DNA of 64,000 bases from a virus: positions 23,576-87,575 of IMG/VR virus record IMGVR_UViG_3300005613_000026; one strand, 5' to 3'. The notes beneath the pieces are model-generated. The model was not told where the DNA came from. It saw only the letters and a list, made by a program, of their open reading frames with translations, and ran no database searches. Positions 63,702 through 64,000 of the stretch are shown piece after piece (within the stretch, counting starts at the first letter, position 1; each line of letters begins with the position of its first letter). The position numbers and the translations under genes are program-made.

Positions 63702-64000
63702 TTACACTATTGCCTCTAATGAGCCTGTTACAATCTCTCCCATAGCGTTATCTAATTTTGCAACTACATTATTCTTAAAATCATCAATGTTTGTAAATTT
63801 CAGAGTAACACCTTTAGGCAAAGCAACATTCACAACAGTAGTATGTGCCATTTGATCCATCGACAATTCTTGTATCCCTCCTGTAGGAGCAGGTCTACCA
63901 ACATCTACCGATACAGTATCATTAGATAAAAAAGCATTACTTTTTAATAATCTATCATCTCCCCCTGCTTCTTTCGTAATAGGGGCAAATGTGGAAGTTC
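63702..64000 (-). CDS. Partial CDS (3' end), possibly the C-terminus of a tape-measure-like protein
   Basis: Open frame from the window edge ending ...TTVVNVALPKG...DFKNNVVAKLDNAMGEIVTGSLEAIV*. The product guess rests on position only. Confidence 0.5.
   Translation of the reverse strand, partial: TSTFAPITKEAGGDDRLLKSNAFLSNDTVSVDVGRPAPTGGIQELSMDQMAHTTVVNVALPKGVTLKFTNIDDFKNNVVAKLDNAMGEIVTGSLEAIV

Noticed and set aside
32-63855. Short plus-strand and nested ORFs in the track (e.g. 32..535, 4034..4354, 21781..22230, 36222..36763, 63670..63855)
   Set aside because: They lie antisense to or inside well-supported genes, have no recognisable motifs, and look like shadow ORFs.
1-64000. Stop-codon reassignment (TAG or TGA), as seen in some large phages
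   Set aside because: Multi-kilobase ORFs are intact in the standard code, and TAG/TGA stops (e.g. 3600, 41211, 43791, 103) are followed closely by the next start.
1-64000. CRISPR array, tRNA/rRNA genes, or a diversity-generating retroelement targeting the fibre genes
   Set aside because: Intergenic gaps are too short. I saw no repeat-spacer pattern, cloverleaf, reverse transcriptase or TR/VR pair by eye, though a subtle repeat could have been missed.

Overview
AT-rich segment that reads as part of a very large (jumbo/huge) bacteriophage genome. Genes are tightly packed, carry Shine-Dalgarno motifs and use the standard code; all but one are on the minus strand. Left (1-10 kb): a Ycf46-like AAA+ ATPase gene fractured inside its Walker A motif by what looks like an atypically split intein (24-aa IntN, a free-standing NUMOD3/PD-(D/E)XK endonuclease gene, then a separately initiated IntC running off the window), a phage-borne IF3, and an SF2 helicase with two LAGLIDADG inteins. 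Middle (10-13.8 kb): three glycosyltransferases, an HNH endonuclease and a small divergent ribbon-helix-helix gene missed by the ORF track. Right (13.8-64 kb): about 50 kb of giant, acidic, signal-peptide-free modular proteins (vWA, LamG, FN3/Ig, Kelch, FG-GAP, BNR propellers, InlB B-repeats, a metallophosphoesterase, tail-fibre-like and hub-like proteins), interpreted as a tail/baseplate/adsorption module, with a further GT4 embedded. Several domains, most clearly a vWA, appear to be split between neighbouring genes. No rRNA, tRNA or CRISPR array was recognised. All assignments come from reading motifs by eye; no database searches were run.
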